DNA of 24,000 bases from Saccharomonospora marina XMU15 (GTDB lineage Bacteria > Actinomycetota > Actinomycetes > Mycobacteriales > Pseudonocardiaceae): contig NZ_CM001439.1 of NCBI RefSeq assembly GCF_000244955.1, forward strand, positions 4,497,234-4,521,233, read 5' to 3'. A program made the translations under genes and the position numbers. Below, one piece after another: positions 15,563 through 22,680 of this stretch (within the stretch, counting starts at the first letter, position 1; each line of letters begins with the position of its first letter). The notes below the pieces were generated by a model that was given only the letters and a program-made list of their open reading frames with translations, was not told where the DNA came from and did no database searches.

Positions 15563-16239
15563 CGGCCTGCCACCTCCTGCTGGGTGGAGCGAACGAAGCC
15601 CCGTTCCTTGGCGACGTCCGCGAGCAGACCGCGAAGCTGGCTACGCCCGCGGTGCAGCCGAGACATCACCGTGCCGATTGGTGTGTCCATGATCTCAGCG
15701 ATTTCCTTGTACGCGAAGCCCTCGACGTCGGCAAGGTACACCGCGAGCCGGAACTCCTCCGGCAGCTGCTGCAACGCAGCCTTGACGTCGGTGTCCGGGA
15801 GGTTGTCCATCGCCTCCACCTCGGCCGAGCGCAACCCGCTCGAGGTGTGACTCTCCGCCTGCGCGAGCTGCCAGTCGGTGATTTCCTCCGTCGGCTGCTG
15901 GAGGGGCTGGCGCTGCCGCTTGCGGTAGCCGTTGATGTAGGTGTTGGTGAGGATGCGGTACATCCACGCCTTGAGGTTCGTGCCCTTCTTGAAGGAGGAG
16001 AACGCGGCGTAAGCCTTCAGGTAGGTCTCCTGGACCAGGTCCTCGGCGTCGGAGGGGTTGCGGGTCATCCTCAGGGCCGCCGAATAGAGCTGGTCGAGCA
16101 ACGGCATGGCGTCGCGCTCGAAGCGCTCCACCAGGTCCTGCTCGCGCTCCGGCTCCTGCTCGCGCTCCGGTTCCTGCCCACCGTCGGGCTGCACGGCCAC
16201 TTCGGCCGTTGCCTCGGCGGAGTTCTCGGTGCTCGGCAA
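15559..16239 (-). CDS. sigH: ECF sigma factor SigH/SigR (thiol-oxidative and heat stress)
   Basis: [73 protein letters not shown] ... [48 protein letters not shown] is collinear with M. tuberculosis SigH. The ORF-track start at 16569 is not credible because it runs through the ybaK start and the promoter. I favour TTG 16239 (GGGAAGGGAA SD-like, 226 aa). GTG 16200 or 16194 are alternatives, and GTG 16383 would give a 274-aa long isoform (see findings). Confidence 0.92.
   Translation of the reverse strand: MPSTENSAEATAEVAVQPDGGQEPEREQEPEREQDLVERFERDAMPLLDQLYSAALRMTRNPSDAEDLVQETYLKAYAAFSSFKKGTNLKAWMYRILTNTYINGYRKRQRQPLQQPTEEITDWQLAQAESHTSSGLRSAEVEAMDNLPDTDVKAALQQLPEEFRLAVYLADVEGFAYKEIAEIMDTPIGTVMSRLHRGRSQLRGLLADVAKERGFVRSTQQEVAGR
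16137..16177. repeat. 18-bp tandem repeat (2.3 copies) inside the sigH 5' coding region
   Basis: CCTGCTCGCGCTCCGGCT (16137-16154), CCTGCTCGCGCTCCGGTT (16155-16172) and CCTGC (16173-16177). It encodes the acidic repeat [13 protein letters not shown] on the minus strand. Confidence 0.85.
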
Positions 16240-16392
16240 ACCGTTCCCTTCCCGATCGCTGCCTGCGCGGCGGCCACCCGTGGCCGAACGCGCATGGGTC
16301 GGTATCGAGGATACGCGGGAGCTCGAAGAACTTCTGGGCAACGCCGTCGGCACTGCCTGCGTCTTTACGGAGGCTGTCAGCACGTCTGTGTC

Positions 16393-16418
16393 AACGCCCG
16401 GCCGCGATGCTCCATTCC
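16393..16418 (-). promoter_or_regulatory. SigH/SigR-dependent (autoregulatory) promoter GGAAT-N18-GTT
   Basis: On the minus strand GGAAT is at 16418-16414, followed by an 18-nt spacer ggagcatcgcggccgggc and GTT at 16395-16393. This is an exact match to the GGAAT-N18-GTT consensus known for S. coelicolor SigR and mycobacterial SigH regulons. I found only one such match in the window. Confidence 0.75.
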
Positions 16419-16436
16419 GGCCGAGGAGCCGGTGGC

Positions 16437-16442
16437 TACGAT
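16437..16442 (+). promoter_or_regulatory. Candidate -10 hexamer (TACGAT) 6 nt upstream of ybaK GTG 16449; leaderless-type geometry
   Basis: TANNNT match with no properly spaced SD. Confidence 0.4.
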
Positions 16443-16448
16443 CTGCTC

Positions 16449-16925
16449 GTGGCTGGCAAGGGCACTCCCGCGACCGCGTTGCTGAGCAAGCAGCGCATCG
16501 ACCACAAGGTGCACACCTACGAGCACGATCCGCGGCACGAGTCGTACGGGACCGAGGCCGCCGAGGCACTCGGGGTGGCGCCGGAGCGGGTGTTCAAGAC
16601 GTTGGTCGCCGATGTCGGCGGGCAGCTCACCGTCGGCGTTGTCCCGGTCACGGCACAGCTCGATCTGAAGGCGCTGGCCGCCGCGGTCGGTGGCAAGAAG
16701 GCACGAATGGCCGACCCCGCGGCCGCTCAGCGGGCCACCGGCTACGTCGTCGGCGGGATCTCGCCGCTCGGCCAGCGCGCCAGGTTGCCCGTCGTGCTGG
16801 ACGCTTCGGCGCAGCGGTTCGACACCGTGCTGTGCTCGGGGGGAAGGCGCGGCCTCGAGATCGAGCTGGCACCTGCCGACCTCGTTCGGCTCACCGGGGC
16901 CACGGTCGCCGCCATCGCCTGCTAG
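16449..16925 (+). CDS. ybaK: Cys-tRNA(Pro)/Cys-tRNA(Cys) deacylase YbaK
   Basis: ORF 16209..16925, with the start re-picked at GTG 16449 so that [22 protein letters not shown] aligns with E. coli YbaK [22 protein letters not shown]. Further matches are [50 protein letters not shown] and [12 protein letters not shown]. Confidence 0.9.
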   Translation: MAGKGTPATALLSKQRIDHKVHTYEHDPRHESYGTEAAEALGVAPERVFKTLVADVGGQLTVGVVPVTAQLDLKALAAAVGGKKARMADPAAAQRATGYVVGGISPLGQRARLPVVLDASAQRFDTVLCSGGRRGLEIELAPADLVRLTGATVAAIAC

Positions 16926-17540
16926 TCAGGCCGCGAGCGGGCGCAGCACCCGCTGCAGCCACTCCGCCGCCGCACGGGCGACGGCGGCCAGGTCCGCCTT
17001 GAGGTTGTGGTCGCCCGCGACCACGACGATCTCGTGGTGAGGACCCGGGTCGGGACGGCCGAACGGGTCGCGCTCACCCTGCACCACGAGAGTCGGCACG
17101 GTGACCGCGTCCAGCTCCTCCTGCCGGGTCTTCTCCGGCCTTCCAGGGGGATGCTCGGGAAAAGCAAGACACAGCACAGCCACCGCCTGCCCGCTTGCCG
17201 CGGTGCGGCAGGCGACTCTCGCGCCCGACGACCTGCCGCCGAACACCAGCGGCATCCCGTCGAACCATGTCCTCGACAGATCGTCGGCCACCGCGAGCCA
17301 GGCGGCGTCCAGTTGCCCGGCGGGCGCGGGCGCCCTGCGCCCCGCCACCCGGTAGGGCTGCTCGACCAGCGCCACGTGCACGCCGGCCTGCTGCGCCGCC
17401 CTGGTGACCGCCACCAGGTCCGGCGCCTCGACACCGCCGCCCGCCCCGTGGCCGAGCAGCAGCCCCGCGACACCTTCCTCCGCGCAGTGCAACTCGACCC
17501 GTGCCGGGCCGTGCGGCGTGTCGATCTCCTTGCGGGTCAT
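16926..17540 (-). CDS. Alpha/beta hydrolase family protein (KANL3/Tex30-like, dienelactone-hydrolase-like fold)
   Basis: This is the C-terminal 204 aa of ORF 16926..17969, with the start at ATG 17540 (MTRKEIDTPHGPARV). It shows LLLGHGAGGG, a nucleophile elbow GGRSSGARVA (GxSxG) and VVQGERDPFG...GDH. The start overlaps the SRAP stop (ATGA). Confidence 0.8.
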   Translation of the reverse strand: MTRKEIDTPHGPARVELHCAEEGVAGLLLGHGAGGGVEAPDLVAVTRAAQQAGVHVALVEQPYRVAGRRAPAPAGQLDAAWLAVADDLSRTWFDGMPLVFGGRSSGARVACRTAASGQAVAVLCLAFPEHPPGRPEKTRQEELDAVTVPTLVVQGERDPFGRPDPGPHHEIVVVAGDHNLKADLAAVARAAAEWLQRVLRPLAA

Positions 17541-18325
17541 CGCTTGCCGATGTCGAACAGTGCCGCGTCCAGGTCGGTCGGCTCCGGCTCGACGCGCTCC
17601 AGCAGCTCGGGTCCGTTGTTGCGCACGCTGTTCACCTTGGTGGACACCGGCCGCACCTCGAGCGAATCCACCCACGCCTGCTCCGGCGGCGCCAGCAACT
17701 CGGCGACGTCGGTGCGGTCGGGGTCCAGCCAGCCCTGCCAACGCTGCGGCTGCAGCACGAACGGCATGCGATCGTGGATCTCGGAGAGCCTGCCCACGGC
17801 GTCGGTCGTCAGCACCGAGCAGGTGATCAGTGGCGGGGCGTCCGGGTCGCCCTGCGGGTCGCGCCAGGTCTCCCACAATCCGGCGAAGGCCAGCGAGGAA
17901 CCGTCCGGCGAGGTCATGTAGAAGGGCTCCTTGGGAGCCTTCTTGCCCGCGGCCGCGGCCGCACGCCACTCGAACCAGCCGTCGGCGGGCACGAGGCAGC
18001 GCCTGCGGGACAGTGCCTTGCGAAACGCCGGCTTCTGTGTCGCGGTCTCGGCGCGGGTGTTGATCATCCGACTACCCACCGAAGGGTCCTTCGCCCAGAA
18101 CGGCACCAGCCCCCAGCGCATCACCCGCAGGCTGCGCAACGGTGGTTCCTCGGCGAGCGCGTTGCCCTCCGCGTCACGGGGATGCCGCTCCACCACGGTC
18201 ACCACGTTCTTGGTCGGGGCGACGTTGTAGTTCGGCTCCGGAGCCTGCCCCTGCGTGCCGTCGACCGCGTCGAACTCGCGCATCAACGTGGCGGGGTCCT
18301 TGGTGGCGGCATAGCGGCCGCACAT
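17537..18325 (-). CDS. SOS response-associated peptidase (SRAP; YedK/HMCES family abasic-site processing protein)
   Basis: 262 aa. It has the hallmark N-terminus MCGRYA (catalytic Cys2), plus YNVAPT, MRWGLVPFWAKD, INTRAET, RRCLVPADGWFEW and FAGLWE. Confidence 0.93.
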   Translation of the reverse strand: MCGRYAATKDPATLMREFDAVDGTQGQAPEPNYNVAPTKNVVTVVERHPRDAEGNALAEEPPLRSLRVMRWGLVPFWAKDPSVGSRMINTRAETATQKPAFRKALSRRRCLVPADGWFEWRAAAAAGKKAPKEPFYMTSPDGSSLAFAGLWETWRDPQGDPDAPPLITCSVLTTDAVGRLSEIHDRMPFVLQPQRWQGWLDPDRTDVAELLAPPEQAWVDSLEVRPVSTKVNSVRNNGPELLERVEPEPTDLDAALFDIGKR

Positions 18326-18444
18326 CGCATCGGCCTCCCTGTTCTCCAGCTACTGATCGCCATCGTTACACGGTTGCCGGGCCATGGCGAGCGGCATGGG
18401 GGATCATCGTCTGGGACTGGGACGGTCGGCGTCGTGGGAGGAGG

Positions 18445-19458
18445 GTGAAGCGGTTGGCCCGCAGTGACTGGCGCAGGCTCGACGAGAGCGACGTCCGGGT
18501 CCGCCCCGGCAAGGGGACCCGGCCACGCAGCAAGCGCCGCCCCATCCACGCCGAGGCCGTGCCCGCGATGGTGACGTCGGTGGACAGGGGCCGATGGAGG
18601 TGCGCGGTCGAGTCCGATCCCTCGCGGCTGGTCACCGCGATGCGGGCGCGGGAACTGGGCCGCACCCCAGTTGTCGTCGGAGATCAGGTCCGGTTGGTCG
18701 GCGACGTCAGCGGCCGCCCGGACACGCTGGCCAGGATCGTGGGCGTCGAGCCGCGCGACAGCGTGCTGCGACGCACCGCGGACGACACCGATCCCTACGA
18801 ACGGGTCGTCGTCGCCAACGCGGAGCAGTTGCTGATCGTCACCTCGCTGGCCGATCCACCGCCGAGGACAGGTTTCATCGACCGCTGCCTCGTCGCCTGC
18901 TACACGGGCGGGCTGGAGCCGGTGCTGTGCCTGACCAAGGCCGACCTCGCCGAGCCGGACGAGTTGCTGGCCTCCTACGCCGACCTCGACGTCCCCGCGG
19001 TCGTCACCCGCCACGACCAGGAGCCCACCGAACTGCTCGACGTGCTGCACGGCCGGGTCTCCGCCCTCGTCGGGCACTCCGGGGTGGGCAAGTCCACGCT
19101 GGTCAACCGCATGGTCCCGGAGGCCGACCTGGCGACGGGCGAGGTGAGCGCCGTGGGCAAGGGCAGGCACACGTCCGTGACGGCGGTGGCGCTGCCGCTG
19201 CCGGGTGGCGGGTGGGTGATCGACACGCCCGGTATCCGCTCGTTCGGCCTCGCCCACGTCACCGGCGACGACATCGTGCGCGCCTTCGGGGAGTTCGCCG
19301 AGGCCGCGGAGGAATGCCCACCGGGTTGCGGGCATCTCGGCCCTGCCGAGGACCCGGACTGCGCGCTGGACGACGTGGTCGCGGCCGGGCGGGCACGGCC
19401 GGGCAGGCTGGCTTCTCTGCGAAGGCTGCTGGCGTCACGTAGCGGAGCCGAGTCATGA
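18445..19458 (+). CDS. rsgA: Ribosome small subunit-dependent GTPase A
   Basis: ORF 18142..19458, with the start re-picked at GTG 18445 (TTG 18454 is the alternative) after GGAGGAGG. It shows YDESDV-like RLDESDVRVRPGKG, an OB region, circularly permuted GTPase motifs (LTKADL, then GHSGVGKSTLVN, DTPG) and a zinc knuckle CPPGCGHLGPAEDPDC. It is collinear with Rv3228 as I recall it. Confidence 0.92.
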   Translation: MKRLARSDWRRLDESDVRVRPGKGTRPRSKRRPIHAEAVPAMVTSVDRGRWRCAVESDPSRLVTAMRARELGRTPVVVGDQVRLVGDVSGRPDTLARIVGVEPRDSVLRRTADDTDPYERVVVANAEQLLIVTSLADPPPRTGFIDRCLVACYTGGLEPVLCLTKADLAEPDELLASYADLDVPAVVTRHDQEPTELLDVLHGRVSALVGHSGVGKSTLVNRMVPEADLATGEVSAVGKGRHTSVTAVALPLPGGGWVIDTPGIRSFGLAHVTGDDIVRAFGEFAEAAEECPPGCGHLGPAEDPDCALDDVVAAGRARPGRLASLRRLLASRSGAES

Positions 19459-19529
19459 CGGTTCGCACCGTTTTACGCGATTCGCACATCTCGTGATTGC
19501 CGCCGTGGAACCCTGTGCGAGAGTTGTCC

Positions 19530-19550
19530 GTCCGATCTTTGCGATCGGAC
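19530..19550 (+). other. Small perfect stem-loop between rsgA and the lipoprotein gene
   Basis: GTCCGATC-tttgc-GATCGGAC is an 8-bp stem. It could be an rsgA terminator or an operator; no U-tract. Confidence 0.3.
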
Positions 19551-19580
19551 ATGTCAAAACCAAGCATTCAAGGGGACTCC

Positions 19581-20420
19581 ATGCGTAAGTCAGCCCTGGC
19601 GGCGAGCGGTTTCGCTCTCGTTCTGGCGCTCAGCGCCTGCGGTGGTGGGACCGAAGGCGGCACCGCCATCGGTACCGGCGGGGACTCGGGGGGTGGTCTG
19701 TTCACCAGCACCCAGGACCTGGTCCAGGCGGCCACGGAACGTACCAACGAAAGCCAGTCTTCGAAGTTCACCATGGAAATGGACATGGCCGGTCAGCAGA
19801 TGACCGCCAACGGGGAGGCGCTGTACGCGGGCGCCGACTCGAAGATGTCGATGTCCATGGAGATGCAGGGGCAGAGCTTCGAGATCCGGCTCGTCGACAA
19901 GGCCATGTACATGAAGATGCCGGACGAGCTGGCGTCGCAGATGGACGGCAAGACCTGGATCAAGATCTCCGCCGACGGCACCGACCCGCTGTCGCAGCAA
20001 CTCGGCGGCACGTTCGACCAGATGGCCGAGCAGAGCGACCCGCGCAAGACGCTGGAGTACGTCCAGCAGGCGGGTGAGATCACCAAGAGCGAGGAGACCA
20101 CGCTCGACGGCCAGGACGTCACCCACTACTGGATCGAGCTGGACTACGCCAAGATCTCCGACGACATGGCCGAGAGCTCGGGCATCACGAAGGAGCAGGC
20201 GAAGCAGCTGGCCGACAAGGTGGGCAAGCTTCCGATGGAGCTGTGGCTCAACGGCGACAACCTCCCCGTGCAGGTGTCCATGGACATGGGCAAGATCGCC
20301 GAGAGCATGGGTGCCCCCGGCCAGGGCGGCTCCATGGTGATGAAGTACACCGACTGGGGCGCGCCGGTGAACGTCGAGGCACCTCCCGCCGACCAGATCG
20401 GCGAGATGCCCTCGTTCTGA
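19581..20420 (+). CDS. Methionine-rich lipoprotein (possibly LolA/LppX-LprAFG-like fold)
   Basis: ORF 19497..20420, with the start re-picked at ATG 19581 (AAGGGGA SD-like). The signal peptide MRKSALAASGFALVLALSAC carries the lipobox LSAC, followed by a Gly/Ser/Thr linker. The mature part has 21 Met in about 258 aa, in alternating xMxM runs. The fold assignment is only a guess from the WLNGDNLPVQVSMDMG-type strand pattern. Confidence 0.85.
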   Translation: MRKSALAASGFALVLALSACGGGTEGGTAIGTGGDSGGGLFTSTQDLVQAATERTNESQSSKFTMEMDMAGQQMTANGEALYAGADSKMSMSMEMQGQSFEIRLVDKAMYMKMPDELASQMDGKTWIKISADGTDPLSQQLGGTFDQMAEQSDPRKTLEYVQQAGEITKSEETTLDGQDVTHYWIELDYAKISDDMAESSGITKEQAKQLADKVGKLPMELWLNGDNLPVQVSMDMGKIAESMGAPGQGGSMVMKYTDWGAPVNVEAPPADQIGEMPSF

Positions 20421-20434
20421 TCATCGGGTGAACT

Positions 20435-20484
20435 GCCCCCGAGTGAGGCGTTGTCGCGCCTCGCCCGGGGGCATTCCCTTTTTT
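20435..20484. terminator. Intrinsic terminator (GC-rich 16-bp stem plus T6) between the convergent lipoprotein gene and pruA
   Basis: GCCCCCGAGTGAGGCG (20435-20450) pairs with CGCCTCGCCCGGGGGC (20457-20472), with one A-C mismatch and one G-U pair and a 6-nt loop. TTTTTT follows at 20479-20484. The hairpin can also serve pruA on the other strand. Confidence 0.65.
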
Positions 20485-20489
20485 CGGGG

Positions 20490-22118
20490 TCATCCCATGT
20501 GGGGATAGGAAATGTCGGTGGGCGCGTCGAAGGTCTCCTTGATCGAGCGTGGGCTCACCCAGCGCAGCAGGTTGAACATCGAACCCGCCTTGTCGTTGGT
20601 GCCCGACGCACGAGAACCGCCGAACGGCTGCTGGCCCACGACCGAACCGGTTGGCTTGTCGTTGACGTAGAAGTTGCCCGCCGTGCGTCGAAGCGCACGG
20701 TGCGCCTGCTGGACGGCCGCCCGGTCGTCGGCGAACACGGCACCGGTCAGCGCGTACGGAGCGCTGGTATCCACGACGTCCAGGATTCGCTCGTAGTCCG
20801 CGTCCGGGTAGACGTGCACCGCCATGATCGGTCCGAAGTACTCCGTGGAGAACAGCGTGTGCGCCGGGTCCTGCGACACCAGCACCGTCGGCTCGACGAA
20901 GTAGCCGACCCGGTCGTCGCAGCCACCACCGACCAGGACATCCACCGCCGGGTCGGAATCGACCGACGCCAGCAACTCGCGGTGCTTGGCGAACGCGCGC
21001 GCGTTGATGACGGCGCCGCCGAACAGCGAGAAGTCGGTGATGTCGCCGTAGGTGACGCTGCGCGTGAGGTCGGCCAGTCGCTCTCGCAGCCCGTCCTCCC
21101 ACAGCGAGCGCGGCAGGTACGCGCGGGAAACGGCGGAGCACTTCTGCCCCTGGTACTCGAACGCGCCGCGAACCAGCGCGGTCACGAGCTTGTCCGGGTT
21201 CGCCGAGGGATGCGCGACGACGAAATCCTTGCCGCCGGTCTCACCGACGATGCGTGGATAGCTGCCGTAGCCGTCGAGGTGATCGGTGATCGTGCGCCAC
21301 AACAACTTGAACGTGGCGGTGGACCCGGTGAAGTGCAGCCCGGCGAATCCTGGATCGGGCAGCGCGACCTGGCTCACCGCCTGCCCGTCACCGGTGACCA
21401 TGTTGATCACGCCGGGCGGGAGTCCGGCCTCCTCGAAAACCTGCATGGTGTAGTGGGCGGCGAGTTGCTGCGACGGCGTGGGCTTCCACACCACCGTGTT
21501 GCCCATGAGAGCCGGTGAACTCGGCAGGTTGCCCGCGATCGCGGTGAAGTTGAACGGAGTGATCGCGACTACGAAGCCGTCCAGCGGCCGGTAGTCCATC
21601 CGGTTCCAGGCGCCGGGCGCCGAGTTCGGCTGCTCGGCCAGAATCCGCCGCGCGTATGCCACGTTGAACCGCAGGAAGTCGATCAACTCGCAGGCGGCGT
21701 CGATCTCGGCCTGCTGCACCGACTTCGACTGGCCGAGCATCGTCGCCGCGTTGAGGGTGTCGCGGTAGGGTCCTGCGATCAGGTCGGCCGCACGCAGGAA
21801 CACCGCCGCGCGCTCGTCGAAGGGCAGTTCGCTCCATTCGCGGGCCGCGGCCTTCGCCGCGGCCACCGCGTCGGCCACGTCCTGCGGGGTGGCCTGCGCA
21901 CTCACGCCGAGCACGTGCCCGTGGTCGTGCGGCTGCACGACGTCGAACGGCTCGCCACCCGCCTGCCTGCGCCGTCCCGCGATGGTCTGGGTCAGCTCGT
22001 GCTTGTCACCCTCCAGCTCGGCCAACCTGCGCCGCAGCGACTCGCGCTCGGGGGTGCCCGGCGCGTACGAGCGAACCGGTTCGTTCACCGGCGTGGGGAC
22101 CGTTGTCACAGCGTCCAT
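20490..22118 (-). CDS. pruA: L-glutamate gamma-semialdehyde (delta-1-pyrroline-5-carboxylate) dehydrogenase
   Basis: 542 aa. Matches include EPVRSYAPGTPERESL, GFVVAITPFNFTAIAGNLPSSPALMGNTVVWKP, HFTGST, GETGGKDF, QGQKCSA and the C-terminus QPFGGSRASGTNDKAGSMFNLLRWVSPRSIKETF...YPHMG. It is collinear with actinobacterial PruA. The SD GGGAGG precedes the ATG. Confidence 0.95.
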   Translation of the reverse strand: MDAVTTVPTPVNEPVRSYAPGTPERESLRRRLAELEGDKHELTQTIAGRRRQAGGEPFDVVQPHDHGHVLGVSAQATPQDVADAVAAAKAAAREWSELPFDERAAVFLRAADLIAGPYRDTLNAATMLGQSKSVQQAEIDAACELIDFLRFNVAYARRILAEQPNSAPGAWNRMDYRPLDGFVVAITPFNFTAIAGNLPSSPALMGNTVVWKPTPSQQLAAHYTMQVFEEAGLPPGVINMVTGDGQAVSQVALPDPGFAGLHFTGSTATFKLLWRTITDHLDGYGSYPRIVGETGGKDFVVAHPSANPDKLVTALVRGAFEYQGQKCSAVSRAYLPRSLWEDGLRERLADLTRSVTYGDITDFSLFGGAVINARAFAKHRELLASVDSDPAVDVLVGGGCDDRVGYFVEPTVLVSQDPAHTLFSTEYFGPIMAVHVYPDADYERILDVVDTSAPYALTGAVFADDRAAVQQAHRALRRTAGNFYVNDKPTGSVVGQQPFGGSRASGTNDKAGSMFNLLRWVSPRSIKETFDAPTDISYPHMG

Positions 22119-22167
22119 GGGTTCTCGCCTCCCGTCTGTCCGCCTCGTGAGCGGGCTGCCCTCATGG

Positions 22168-22680
22168 TTACATGAGCTCGAGCAGGAACGGCAGTTCTCC
22201 GGGCGCGTACCAGGCGAGTTCGTGGTCCTCGACGTCGCCGAGCGTGAACTCCGCGTCCTCGTCTCCGAGGTCGGCGGCGTCCACCACGGCCGCCGCGGCC
22301 GTCACCGCCGGTTCGGCCTCCTCCGTGTCGACATGCACGGCGGCGACCTGGTCCAGCCGTAGGGGACCGGACAGTCGCACGACGGCGTGGTCGAGGTCGG
22401 GCCGAAGCGCCGGGTCGGCCACGTCGGCCGACACCACGACGCGTCGGGGCGGCTGTTTGGCGTCTTCACCGCCGTCCTCCTGCGCGGCGGCGAGCAGGCG
22501 CAGCGAAGCCCGAGCGGCGTCCATCAGCGCGACGTACTCCAACTCCTCGGTGGAGCCACTGGTGTAGGACTCGCGCAACGCGGGTGTCAGCGCGAACGCC
22601 GTCCCGTTCAGCGGCATGAACTCACCTTCGTTGACCAGCTGGCGGAGCATGCTGATCGTGGCAGGCAGGTAGACCCTCAC
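22168..22680 (-). CDS. Conserved acidic hypothetical protein (Rv3231c-like position), function unknown
   Basis: 170 aa with strong GC3 bias. The GTG start overlaps the WS/DGAT stop (GTGA at 22677-22680). The sequence is acidic (many D/E) and has no motif I recognise. Confidence 0.75.
   Translation of the reverse strand: MRVYLPATISMLRQLVNEGEFMPLNGTAFALTPALRESYTSGSTEELEYVALMDAARASLRLLAAAQEDGGEDAKQPPRRVVVSADVADPALRPDLDHAVVRLSGPLRLDQVAAVHVDTEEAEPAVTAAAAVVDAADLGDEDAEFTLGDVEDHELAWYAPGELPFLLELM

Noticed and set aside
16384-16569. ORF-track start of sigH at 16569 (336 aa)
   Set aside because: It would read through the SigH-type promoter and the ybaK start region, and the translation is Arg/Cys/Ala-rich junk. 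Real start candidates are 16383, 16239, 16200 and 16194.
18326-18444. LexA (TCGAAC-N4-GTTCGA) or RecA-independent damage promoter upstream of the SOS response-associated peptidase
   Set aside because: I found no match to either motif in the SRAP/rsgA divergent region. TCGAAC hexamers elsewhere in the window lack a paired GTTCGA.
19497-19580. Longer lipoprotein precursor starting at TTG 19497 or ATG 19551
   Set aside because: The extension has poor GC3 and contains the 19530-19550 hairpin. ATG 19581 gives a canonical short n-region (MRK), h-region and lipobox. ATG 19551 cannot be excluded.
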